Source: Felis catus (taxonomy: Eukaryota). From it: 60,000 nt of DNA. The notes under the pieces were generated by a model. It saw only the letters and a list, made by a program, of their open reading frames with translations, did no database searches and had not been told where the DNA came from. Every line of letters begins with the position of its first letter. The first letter of the stretch is position 1. The position numbers and the translations under genes are program-made. The DNA is taken from NCBI RefSeq assembly GCF_018350175.1, contig NC_058368.1, positions 176,702,001 through 176,762,000 on the forward strand. The letters are read 5' to 3'. Of the stretch, positions 1 through 11,590 are shown piece after piece.

Positions 1-549
1 GATTTCATTTCACCACCAAGGCGGTGGCGTCTGGGATCTTGAGTGCTGGGTGGCAGTGGCACAGGGTTGAGACGACATGACAGCCGGGGCGGCAGCCTCA
101 TTATGCCCAGAACACGCCCTTGGCACGACCCATCTGTGCTCCTGCCCCAGCAGCCTCCCTTTCAAGCCCGTCTGCGAGCTTCTACCCAGCACCCGTGCAG
201 GAAACCCCTTTTCCTGATTAAGGAAGCCAAGATTAATTTCTGTCAATTGCAGCTAAGAATTCTAGTATGGACCAGGGGTCGACAAAATAAAGAGGGAAGG
301 ACAGAAGCATAGGGCATCACCCTCACCCCGCAAGAATCACTAGGTCAAGTAAAACATCCCCAGCCAGTCCCCACGTTTGCCACTCGAAGCGTCACGAAGT
401 GGCCTGCAGATGGTCTAGCTGGAAGGACTCACTAGTCCAAACTCCCTGACCAGCTGCAGATGCGGCCAAAGCAGATGCAGGAGAGGAGTGGATCAGGCCA
501 TCTATGGAGAACCGAGCTGAAGCCACTGCTGGAGAATCCAGTCTCTGCT

Positions 550-790
550 GGGGTGCCTGGGGTGGCTCAGTCGGTTGAGCGTCCGACTTCGGCTCAGGTC
601 ATGACCTGACAGCTCGTGAGTTTGAGCCCCGCATCAGGCTCCGTGCTGACAGCTCGGAACCTGGAGCCTGCTCCGGATCTGTGCCTCCCTCTCTCTCTCT
701 GCCCCTCCCCCACGCACATTCTGTCTCTCTCTCTCTCTCAAAAATAAAAAGAAAAAAACATTACAAATTTTTTTAAATAAAAAAAATTAA
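550..790 (+). mobile_element. CanSINE (SINEC_Fc-type)
   Basis: ggggtgcctggggtggctcagtcggttgagcgtccgact tRNA-derived head, (CT)n tract, A-rich tail; degenerate TSD around aatccagt. Confidence 0.95.
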
Positions 791-1419
791 GAAAATCCAG
801 TTCCGACCAAACCCCCCCTCCAAGTCGACCTCATTATAGAAATAACCTGAGATCCCTTCATCCTAATGGCTCCCTCAGCTCAGGTGTTATGGGTGCCACT
901 TCATTCGATCCACTTAAGAGGATTACCCTCAACACCTTCGGTTCCGTGGCCTGTGGATTCCATGGCTCCAAGCTTGCAGTGGGTCGGCCAGCTGGGGATA
1001 AGGGCCATGTGATACTGAATATGGGCGCCCCGGCCCTGAGGACAGGCCGAGAAGGTCCCCAGCACTGGCACACTGGGGCCAGACAGTACAGGCCAAGATG
1101 GCAAGGAGGGCCCTCTTCTCTCCTCCCTTGTTCCCCCGTCATCACCCCCGCTCCTTGGAACCTTGTCTGCCCTTGGCAAAGAGCCGTCGAGGAAGCCTCA
1201 AATTGTGGGTGGTTGCTAAGGCTCACCCTGGCGTCAGAAGTTCCCCTTCTTGCTGCCCTGGTTGCTCATTATCATGGGCAGGGCCTTGACTCATCCAGAT
1301 ATAGAATCTACCCAAAGCCTCCTTGTATTTCGGGGGGAAGAACTCTCTCCACGTGGACAACAGGCTGAGTAGGGTCTCCCGCTGGAAGGAGAGTGACGCC
1401 CTGTTTTGTTTCATAGTGT

Positions 1420-1700
1420 AGACACCCAGGTATACCTCCCTACATAAAATTGTTCGTTTTGCCTGCTTCTGCATATTTTTATAAATGGAATCATACCGCA
1501 TGTATATTCATTCGTGTCTTTCTCCCTCCCTTTGCTCAGTATTATGTTTTTAAGAGCCATCCAAATGGTTGTGGGTATTTATAGTTTGTTCACTTGAATA
1601 TGCCACAATTTACCCGTTCTACTCTCAGTGGATATGTGGGTGGTTTCAGACTGGCGTGGTACAAAGGGTGATCCTGCAAACATTTGTGCATCCTGAAAGG
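1420..1700 (-). mobile_element. Old L1 (L1ME-like) 3' end fragment
   Basis: ataaatggaatcatac...ccacaattta...gatatgtgggtggtttcag is typical antisense L1M 3' UTR. Confidence 0.7.
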
Positions 1701-2275
1701 CTATTTGATAGGAATTTAATATAGCTACATCACTTTTCTCTCAGTCAGTACTGCACTTTTTCCATATTTTTATTTTCTGCCATTCTGTATCCTCATGCGC
1801 TAGGTGCGATCCTTATAAATAGCATAGATTTTGTATTTGCCCTCCAGTCTGTTTTAATCTTTTAAGACAATTATCTAGTCCATTTGCATTTAACATGATT
1901 ACTGATCATTTTTTATCTGTCTATACGGTTTTCCTTTTATGTATTGACTTCTTTGGAAGCATTTTTTTTTTCTCTTCTATTTTGGAAGTCCTGTACTTTT
2001 TAGTGCTTAGCATGTATCCTTGACTTGTTGAAGTATTGATTAGTACCCTCATCTTCCTCACAGACAACATCAGATCACACTTTAACTCCGTGAACCCTCC
2101 TCTTGACTTTTATATCATAGTTTCCGCGTATATTCATTCTCTCTATATTTTTAAAGCTCTGTGATGTGTTATTAACATTGTTTTTATACTGTCAGTGTTC
2201 ATTTAGATTTATACTCATATAGATCTCTTTCTTCGCTGTTCTTTGCTTCTTTAATTTCATTTTGTCAGTGCTAAG
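1700..2275 (-). mobile_element. Old L1 (L1ME/HAL1-like), ORF2 start and inter-ORF region
   Basis: Minus strand ~1790-1910 gives SVIMLNANGL followed by decayed DW and ICYL-like motifs, matching the L1 endonuclease N-terminus. Confidence 0.7.
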
Positions 2276-2284
2276 GTTACAATC

Positions 2285-2643
2285 ATCATTTTAGAAACAG
2301 CTTTAGTTGTAATTTACATACTGTACAATTCACCCATTGAAAACGTACACTTCTATGGATTTTAGTATGCAACCATCATCACAGCCGATTTTAGCATATT
2401 TTGGTCACCTTAAAAGGAAATCCCAAACATTTTAGCTATCACCCCCTACCCCCTTCATCATCTTCCCCTCCTCAGCACTAAGCAACCACTAATATACTGT
2501 CTCTATAGATTTCCCTGTGCTGGGCTGTTATATTAAAGGAATCATATAATATATGGACTTTTGTGAAAGATGGCTTCTTTCACTTGGGAGAATGATTTCA
2601 AGGACACCCATGCTGTAGCACATCTCAGTACTTCATTCTTTTT
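2285..2643 (-). mobile_element. L1MB-like 3' end, first part
   Basis: acagcttt...aatttacatactgtacaattcacccatt L1MA/MB 3' terminus in antisense; resumes at ~9009. Confidence 0.8.
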
Positions 2644-3101
2644 GTTGCTATTAATAAATTCTCTTTTTCAGAGCAGTTTTAGGTTCACAGCAACACTGAA
2701 CAGAATTTATAACTCAGAATTCCCGTATACGTCTTGTCCCACACATACACAACCTGTCCCACTGTTGACACCCTGCACCAGCATGGAGCACTTGTTACAG
2801 TCGATGAAATGACATTGATCCATCATTGTCACCCAAAGTCACATTAGGGTTCACCGCCCTAAAAATCCTCTGAGCTTTGCATATTCACCCCTCTGTCTTC
2901 CCTAACTCGTGGCAACCACTAATCTTTTATAGTCTTACCTTTCCCAGACTGTCATAAAGTTGGAATCTTATGGAATCTTCAGATGGGATTCCTTTCACTT
3001 AATTATATGCATTTAAGGTTCCTCCATGTCTTTTCATGGTTTGGTATCCTCGTTTCTTTTTAGTGGTAAACAGTATTCCACTATCTAGATGTACCACAAT
3101 T

Positions 3102-3316
3102 TTTAAATATTTATTTATTTATTTATTTATTTATTTATGAGAGAGAGAGAGAGAGTGGGGGAGGGGCAGAGAGAGAGGGAGAGAGAGAATCTCAAGCAGG
3201 CTTTGCACACTACCAGCGTAGAGCCCAACTCGGGACTTGAACTCATGAACTGAGTCATGACCTGAGCCAACAATCAAGAGTCAGATGCTTAACCAACCAA
3301 GCCCCCCAGGTGCCCC
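3102..3316 (-). mobile_element. CanSINE
   Basis: Antisense SINE ending ccaggtgcccc, (ATTT)n tail, TSD tagatgtacc. Confidence 0.93.
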
Positions 3317-3396
3317 ATAGATGTACCCAATTTATTTATCCATTTACCTACCGACAGACATTTTGTTTGTTTCCAAATCTTAGCAATTATGAAGTT

Positions 3397-3620
3397 GGTT
3401 TTTTTTTTCAACTTTTTTTTTTTTTATTTATTTTTGGGACAGAGAGAGACAGAGCATGAATGGGGGAGGGGCAGAGAGAGAGGGAGACACAGAATCGGAA
3501 ACAGGCTCCAGGCTCCGAGCCATCAGCCCAGAGCCTGACGTGGGGCTCGAACTCACGGACTGTGAGATCGTGGCCTGGCTGAAGTCGGACGCTTAACCGA
3601 CTGCGCCACCCAGGCGCCCT
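3397..3620 (-). mobile_element. Young SINEC_Fc
   Basis: Diagnostic gaatcggaaacaggctccaggctccgagccatcagccc; TSD atgaagttg. Confidence 0.95.
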
Positions 3621-4770
3621 GAATGAAGTTGTTTTAAATATCGGTGTGCAGAGTTTTGTGTGAACATACATCTTCAGTTAATTTGGGTAAATATCAAGGA
3701 GTAAGATTGCTAGATCATACAGCATGTGTATATTTAGTTTTGTAAGAAACTGTCAAAGTGGCTTCCAACGTGACTGTGCCATTTTGCCTTCCCACCAGCA
3801 GTGAATGAGAGTTCCTGTTGCTCCTCATTCTTGGCATTTGATGTTGTCTGTGTGTTGGATTTTGGCCATTCTAACAGATGAATAGTGGTATCTCATTGTT
3901 GTTTTAATTTGCAATTCTCTGATGACATATGCTGTCGAACATCTTTTCATATGCTTACTTACCATTGTATATCTTCCTTGGGGAGGTGTCTGTCAAGGTC
4001 TTTAGACCAGTTTTTTTTAATGGGGTTGTTTGTTCTCTTACTGTTGAGTTTCAAGAGTTCTTTGTATATTTAGATAACAGTCCTTTTATCAGATGTCTTT
4101 TGCAAATATTTTCTCCCAGTCTGTGGCTTGTCTTCTCATTCTTTTGACATTATATTTCACATGGCAGAAATTTTTAATTTTAATGAAATACAGCTTATCA
4201 ATGATTTCTTTCACAGACGGTGTTGTGTCTGAAAAGTCATCACCATATCCAAAGTCACCTAGATTTTCTCCTGTTGTTGGAGTTTTACAATTTGGTGTAT
4301 TACATTTAGGTCTCTGATCCATTTTGAGTTAATTTTTGTGAAGTGAAGGGTGTAAGTTCTGTGTCTATAGTCATTGCTTTGCATGTGGATATCCAGATGT
4401 TCCATTTGTTGAAAAGACTCTTTGCTCTATTGGATTCCCTTGGCTCCTTTGTCAAAGTTCAGTTTACTATGTATGTGAGGGTCTATTTCTGAGATATTTC
4501 ATTCCATTGATCTATTTGTCTATTCTTTTGCCAATACCACTCTGTCTTGAATACTATAGCTTTATAATAAGTCTTGAAGTCAGCTAGTGTCAGTCCTCCA
4601 ACTTTGCTCTTTCTCCTTCAAAATTGAATTGGCTATTTTGGGTCTTTTGCCCCTCCATAAAAATTTTAGAATCAGTTTGTCAATATCCACCAAAAAACTT
4701 GATAGGATTTTGATTGGGATTGCACTGAACTTATAGATCAAATTGGGAAGAAATTACGTCTTGACAATAT

Positions 4771-5591
4771 TGTTACCAGACAGAGGATGGGTTCCAAACT
4801 CAAGTTCTGTTGCTCACCACTCAAAAGCCAATACTCAAGAGAGAAACACTGATGGAAAAGGGAAGGTTGCTTTATTCAGGAAGCCAGCAACCTGGGAAGA
4901 TGGCGGACTATCATCCCACAGACCATCTTCCCGGTCCGGGTGAAGCAGGAGATTTAAAAAAAAATTTTTTTTATGTTTTTATTAATTTATTTTTGAGACA
5001 GAGAAAGAGCATGAGCAGGGGAGGGACAGAGAGAGAGGGAGACACAGAATCTGAAGCAGGCTCCAGGCCCCAGCTCTCCAGCTGACAGCACGGAGCCAGA
5101 CACAGGGCTCGAAGTCACGGAGTGTGAGATCATGACCTGAGCTGAAGTCAGACGCTCAACCCACTGAGCCACCCAGGCGCCCCAAAGCAGATTTTTAAAG
5201 GGGAAGACGTGGGAAATGGTGAGAGGACTATATGCAAGAGAAGCTATGCTCAGCAATTAATCATTTGCCCTTGCAAGGCTTCCAGATTCCTCTGCTCTAC
5301 CAGGAATCAAGGCTCCCAGATGTCTGTCAGTAAGAGGTTCCCCAACAGCCCAACAAGTCAGATACTGACAAGGCAGTCCAGACTCCTCTTCCTGTACCAG
5401 GAATCGAGACTCCCAGGTGTCTCTTATTGGGAATACTATGGTCAGTGGCAACTGTTTTCAAATGTGGTCCGGCCTTTGTTCCTCAAGGCCAGCAATCTGT
5501 AGGATCTCAGGAAAATAGTTTAGTTATTTATGCAAGGAGAGCATAAGCTTGAAGCAAGTTAATCGTTAAGACTGGGTGGAGTGCTGTCACA
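4771..5591 (-). mobile_element. ERV solo LTR (class I/ERV1-like by TSD length)
   Basis: TG...CA termini; 4-bp TSD atat (4767-4770, 5592-5595) splitting the L1 sequence ttgacaatat|tgagtc; tttatt (reverse AATAAA) at ~4871. Confidence 0.85.
4955..5183 (-). mobile_element. CanSINE inside LTR
   Basis: Antisense SINE ending ccaggcgcccc; degenerate TSD aagcag(ga)gattt. Confidence 0.95.
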
Positions 5592-5882
5592 ATATTGAGT
5601 CTTCCTATTCATAAACATGGAATATTTCTCCATTTATTTAGTTCATTGATATCTCTCATTAGGTATTTATAGATTTTTTCATATAGATTTTGTATATATT
5701 TTGTAAGATGTATACCTCATTTTTTGAATAGTTATGCAAATAATATTGTCTTTAATTTCAAATTCCACTTGTTCATTTCTGATATATAGGAAAGCAATTA
5801 ACTTTTATATATTAGCCTTGTGTCCTGCAATCTTGCTATAATTGCTCATTAGTTCCAGGAGTTTTTTGTTGGTTCTTTCAGA

Positions 5883-6318
5883 TTTTTTTTTTTTTTTTTT
5901 AGAGAGAGAGAGCACAGGTGCACAAACAGGGGAAGGGGCAGAAGGAAAAGAAGAGAGAATCTTTTTAAAAAAATTTTTTAACGTTTATTTATTTTTGAAA
6001 GAGAGAGAGATAGCATGAGTTGGGGAGGGGCAGAAAGCAAGGAAGACACAGAATCCAAACCAGGCTCCAGGCTGTCAGCACAGAGCCCAGAGCCCAATGT
6101 GAGGCTTGAACTCACGAACAGTGAGATCATGACCTGAACCAAAAATCAGACACTTAACTGACTGAGCCACCCAGACACCTTGAAAAGGAGAGAACCTTAA
6201 GCAGCCTCTGTGCTCAGTGTAGAGCCCGATGCAGGGCTCAATCCCACAACCTTGGGATCATGAACTGAGCTGAAATCAAGAGTACAATGCTCAACCAAAT
6301 GAGCCACCCAGGGACCCC
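5883..6318 (-). mobile_element. Older CanSINE interrupted by a second SINE
   Basis: Body split at gagagaatctt/gagagaacctt; TSD ttctttca. Confidence 0.85.
5963..6181 (-). mobile_element. CanSINE nested in CanSINE
   Basis: Complete antisense SINE with flanking gaaaag..gagagaa.ctt duplication. Confidence 0.88.
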
Positions 6319-7999
6319 AATTCTTTCATACTTTTTATAAAGAGAATCATGTCATCTGTTGAAAAACAGAGGGTTCCCCCCCCCCCACAATATGGATAGT
6401 TTTTATTGCCTTTTCTTGTCTTATTGCATTAACTAGGACTTCCAGCATGATGCTGAAAAGGAGTGGCAGGACAAACATCCTTGCCTTTTCTTTATCTTAG
6501 CAGGAAAGCTTCTAGTTTCTCACCATTAAGTATGATATTAGGTATATTGTTTCTGTAGATGCTCTTTATCAAGTTGAGGAAGTTCACCTCTATAGTTTAT
6601 TGAGTGTTATCATACATACATGCTAGATTTTGTCAAATACTTTTTCTGCATCAATTAATATGATCATGTGATTTTTCTTCTTTAGCCTGCTGAGTGGATG
6701 GATTACATTAATTGATTTTTGGGTGTCAAACCAGCCTTGCCTATCTGGGATAAACCCCACTTGGTCATAGTGCATAATTATTTTTAGGCATTGTTGAATT
6801 CAACTTGCTAATATTTTGTTGAGGATTTTAATATCTATGTTCATGAGAGACATTGGTCTGTGGTTTTATTTTCTTCTAATGTCTGTGTCTGGTTTTGGTA
6901 TTAGGGTAATAGTGGCATCATAGAAGGAATTAGGAAGTATTTGCTCTGCTTCTATCTTCTGGAAAGGACCATAAAGAATTGATATAATTTTTTTTTCCCT
7001 AAATGTTTAGAATTCACCAGTGAGCCCATCTGAGCCTGATGCTCTCTCTTTTGCAAGTTTATTAATTACTGATTTGAATTCTTTAATAGATATATGTCTG
7101 TTCAGGTTGTCTGTTTTCTTCTTGTGTGAGTTTTGGCAGAATGTATCTTTCAAGGAATTGATCCATTTCATCTAGGCTATCACATTTGTGGGCATAGAAT
7201 TGTTCGTAATATTCCTTTATTGTGCTTTTAATGTCCATGGGATCTGTAGTGATGTCCTATTTTTCATTTCCAGTGTTTGCAATCTTGTCTTCTCCCTTCT
7301 TTCTTAGTTAGCCTGACTAACGGCTTATCGGTTCTATTGATTTTATTTTTCAGAAAACCAGCTTTTAGATTTGTTGATGATCTCCATTGATTTCTTATTT
7401 TCAATGTCATTGATTTCTACCCTACTTTTTATTATTTATTTTCTTCTTCTTACTTGGAATTTAATTTGTTCTTTTTTCCCCTAGTTTCCTAAGGTGAAAG
7501 CTTGAATTATTGATTTTAGACCTCCTTTTCTAATATATGCATTCAATGCTATAAATTTCCTTCTAAGCATTGCTTTCACCGCATTCCACAAATTTTAAGT
7601 TATATTTTCATCTTCACTTAGTTCAAAATATTTTTTTTAATTTCTCTTGAGATTTCTTCTTTGACCCATGTGCTATTGGTAAATGTGTTGCTTAGTCTCC
7701 AAGCACTTGGGGGATTTTCCAGCTATCTTTCTGATATCAATTTCTAGTTTAATTCCATTATGTATGAAAACAGATGTTGTATGATTTAAATGTTTTTAAA
7801 TTTGTTAAGGTGTGTTTTATGGCCTAGAATATGGTCCATCTTGGTGAATGTGAGCTGGAAGAGAATGTGTAATCTGAAGTTATTGGATGAAGTAGTCTAT
7901 AGATGTCAATTATATCCAGTTGATGGATGGTGCTGTTGCCTTCAACTATGTCCTTACTGATTTTCTGCCTGCTGGATCTATTTCTCACAGAAGGATGTT

Positions 8000-8235
8000 T
8001 TTTTTGTTTTGTTTTGTTTTTTAATTTTTTTTTTAACGTTTATTTATTTTTGAGACAGAGAGAGACAGAGCATGAACGGGGGAGGGTCAGAGAGAGGGAG
8101 ACACAGAATCTGAAACAGGCTCCAGGTTCTGAGCTGTTAGCACAGAGCCCGACGCGGGGCTCAAACTCACGGACCACGACATCATGACCTGAGCCGAAGT
8201 TGGCCGCTTAACCGACTGAGCCACCCAGGCGCCCC
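8000..8235 (-). mobile_element. SINEC_Fc-type SINE
   Basis: Perfect TSD tcacagaaggatgtt (7985-7999, 8236-8250). Confidence 0.96.
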
Positions 8236-9008
8236 TCACAGAAGGATGTTAAAGTCTCCAACTATAATAGTGGATTCATCTATTTCTCCTTGAAATTCTA
8301 TCCACTTTTACCTAATATAATTTGACCTTCTGTTGTTAGGCACATATATATTAAGTATTGCTATGTATTCTTAGGAGACAGGATGGATACAGGGGGCTGG
8401 AGCTGGGTATTTCTCTTCCCCCCATCACCTCCTTGGAAGGCTAGAGCTGGCTGAAATTGGGTATTTACCCTTAGTGAAGTGAGTTAGGCTCTAATAAAAC
8501 CCCAGCAGATTAGGGTCTGGCAAAATAGTTTCTTCTGAAGGAAAACCTTGTTGATAACAGAATGGTCTGGCATGTTTCAAAACGGTCCCATTCTTCCTCC
8601 CCTGCTGGGAGTATAAGGGGTAAAAACATCGCAAGGACCTGATAGAACTCCTGGAGGTAAAACGCACAAAAGTGTAAGGAGGGGCTCCCCCATGACTGGA
8701 TCCCTCTGGAGTTTTTAACACTCAAATGTGTCTGTTCAGTCTCTGTTGATTCACCAGTTACAGTTCAGGTTTTCCTACCCTGGCACTAGTTCCTGTAGAG
8801 GCTTCTGCTTGTGGGTTTCCACTCTGATAAATCATGATTCTCTGTATTTTCCGGTCTCTCCAATCTGGAGAGCAGTGGTTTGTCCTGTGACCTCACTCCT
8901 CTGACAAATATAAAAGAGTTGATTTCTTAGTTTGTTCAGCTTTTAATTTGTTAGGATGAAGTGACAACTTCTAAGCTCCTATATAATGGGCCAGAAAACT
9001 GAAGTCCC

Positions 9009-9710
9009 CTTCCTTCCTTTTTATGCCAAATAATATGCCATTATATGGACATACCACATTTTGTTTATCCACTCATCTGTTGCTGGACATTTGGGTTGTT
9101 TCCACCTTTATGTTATTATGAATGATGCTACTGTAAACATGAATGTACAAGTTTTTGTGTGGACCTGTGTTTTCATTTCTTGGGTAAATACCTTTGAGTA
9201 AAACTGTTGGCTCATATGATAACTGTGTTTAATCATTTGAGGAACTACCAGAATGTTTTTCAAAGTGGCTGTATCATTTTACATTTCCACCGGTAGTGTA
9301 TGAGAATTCCCATCTCTCCACATACTCCCCAACACTTGTTGTTATCTGACTTCATTCTAGTAGACATTCTAGTAGGTGTGAAGTGTTATCTAAGTGGTTT
9401 TGATCTTTATTTCCCTGATGACTAATGGTGTTGAGCATCTTTTCATGTGTTTATTGGCCACTTTTACATCTTTCTTGCAGAAAAGACTATTCAGATTCTT
9501 TGCCCATTGTTTAATTGGGTATTACTGAAATGTATTAGTTTTTGAAATACATCCTTGATGCAAATTCCTTATAAGATATATGATTTGGAAATATTTTCTC
9601 CCATTCTATGGGTTGTCTTATTGCTTTCTTGATGGTGTTTCTTAAAACACAACAGTTTTTAATTTTTCTGAAGTCTGATTCATCTATTTTTTCTTTTGTT
9701 GCTTGTCTTC
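9009..9710 (-). mobile_element. L1MB-like element, continuation
   Basis: taatatgccattatatggacataccacattttgtttatcc continues the 2285-2643 fragment. Confidence 0.85.
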
Positions 9711-11350
9711 TGTTATTTCTGAACTTCTGTCTGAGATAATCTGCTTCTGAAGAATACCTTAGTGCAAGTCTACTGGTGACCTTTTGTTCATCAAAAATTG
9801 TATTTATTTCACATCCATTCTTTTTTTTTTTTTAAGTTTATTTATTGAGAGAGAGAGAGAGAGAGCGCGCGCACCCGTGAGCAGGGGAGAGGCAGGGAGA
9901 AAGGGAGAGCGAGAATCCCAAGTAGGCTCCATGCTGTCAGCACAGGCCCTGATGCGGGGCTCAAACTCACACACTGTGAGATAATGACCTGAGCCGAAAT
10001 CAAGAGTCGGATGCTTAACCGACTGAGCCACCCAGGCGCCCCTCACATCCATTCTGAAAGAATATTTCTCTGGATACTAGAATACTATGTTGGGATTATT
10101 TTCTTTCAGTGCATTAAAGGTATCACTTCACTGTCTTCCACCCTTGCTATCGAAAAGTCAGTTGTCCTTCTGTCATTCCTTTTAAGATACTATCTCTTTT
10201 CTCTCACTTTGTGGCTTTCTTCAGATTCACTATGATGTATCTAGTCCAAGTCCTACTTGGACTTCTTGAATTCATGAATATTGGAATTGGTGTCCTTTAA
10301 CACATCTGAAAACATTCTCAGCCATTATTATTTCTTTATATCTCTCTTCCCTTCTAGAACTCCACCCCGATTTCATATAAGTTCGATGTTCTCACTGTAT
10401 TCTCTCATCCTTTCTTCAGTATTTTTGGTCTTTTTGTCTCTCCTGCTGTATTCTGGATCCTTCTTCCAGTCTGTCTTTCAGTCCATTAATTTTCTCTTTA
10501 GCTGTATCTAATCTGCCAACAAACTAACTCTGAGTTCTTAATTTTTCAGTTCTCAAAGTTTATTTTGTTCTTTTAAAAATCTGCGATTTTTAAATAGTTT
10601 CTTGTCCCTTTGTGTTTCTTTAAACAGTAAACATTGTTACCTTATACTGTGTGTCTGATCATTCTAATAACTGAAGTTTTTGTGTATTTCTGTGGTCTGT
10701 AATGTCTGCTGGTTCTCGCCCAGGTTTATTATTTCCTTGAGTCTCTAATTTTTTTCACTGTGCACTGTGTTCCGGATATTTTATTTGAAAACTTACTTGT
10801 AAGAATGATTTGTCACCTAAGATGGTGGTATTTTCTTCAGAGAGGATATTTTTGTTTGTTTCTGCCAGGAGTCTGGGAACTCTACCAGTATGGAACCACC
10901 TTAGCCCAAGTTCAAGGCTTGAGGTTACCTGGATCACCCAGATGACTAGAACTGGAGAGTCCACGAGAAACTTGGTTTACTTGTGAGTCGTCATAACTTT
11001 CAGTATAACCATTTGGGATCCCAACTTAGAATAAGCAGAGAGGAGGATTTGTCCAGGTCCCCACTTCTGATAGACCCTGGGCTTTAAATTTTGTCCCGAG
11101 GCCACCGAAACCACAACTGTTTTGGATCAGGGAAAATGCAGCATGGGGTCCTATATTTGTTTCTCTGGGTTCTCATTTTTTTAGTATATAGTGGTCAGCC
11201 AATTCTTCTCTCTCTTCTTGGCTTTTTGGTGCTTTTGAGATAGTTTTATATTTATATATAGTTATATAGTTTTATATTTATAAATACATTTTATATTTAT
11301 TTTCAGTCATCCTCTGTGGAAGATTTGATCCGAATTAACTGTCTCCCTAA
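9710..11350 (-). mobile_element. Old L1 (L1ME/HAL1-like) ORF1 and 5' region
   Basis: gaaagaatatttctctggatactagaat...ttctttcagtgcattaaag...cactgtctt is typical antisense old-L1 ORF1. Confidence 0.7.
9822..10042 (-). mobile_element. CanSINE
   Basis: TSD tcacatccattct (9809-9821, 10043-10055). Confidence 0.95.
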
Positions 11351-11454
11351 ACAGTGCCTCACACAAGCTTCACATTCGGTACATAGGATTATTTACATTA
11401 TATATACACATATATTACCTGGTCCTTAAAAGAAGTCTATCGGGTGTCACGAAC

Positions 11455-11590
11455 TGGCCACATACCAGCTGTGAGACCTTGGGCAAGTCAATCTATATCT
11501 TTGGGCAATGAGACTAATAATAGTATCCACCTCCTGAGTCTGTGGATATGAAGGACTCAACAAAGGCAGTTGTCAGGTGAGAACACTAAG
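11455..11590 (+). mobile_element. MIR
   Basis: agctgtgagaccttgggcaagtca MIR core. Confidence 0.7.

Larger units (their letters stand above)
2644..9008 (-). mobile_element. L1MC-like element: 3' UTR, decayed ORF2 and L1MCa-like 5' UTR, ORF1 absent
   Basis: 3' end gagcagttttaggttcacagc; ORF2 C-terminus RMRRQATDWEKIFA (ORF 4089..4322); RT motif TDDMILF ~6340-6365; endonuclease ILNIYVPNNR...STIIVGDFN ~8250-8370; 5' UTR 8371-9008; degenerate TSD cttcattcttttt (2631-2643) / cttccttccttttt (9009-9022). Confidence 0.88.

Noticed and set aside
550..640. tRNA-like A and B boxes (tggctcagtcgg, gttcgagccc) at many sites
   Set aside because: These are tRNA-derived SINE heads followed by CT tracts, tails and TSDs, not tRNA genes
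3408..3671. Recurrent ORFs such as ...VREFEPHVRLWADGSEPGACFRFCVSLSL and MAQSVKRPTSAQVMISRF... at many positions, resembling a paralogous gene family
   Set aside because: All are translations of CanSINE copies
4089..4322. ORF with real protein similarity (KRMRRQATDWEKIFA)
   Set aside because: A fragment of decayed L1 ORF2 with surrounding stops, frameshifts and insertions
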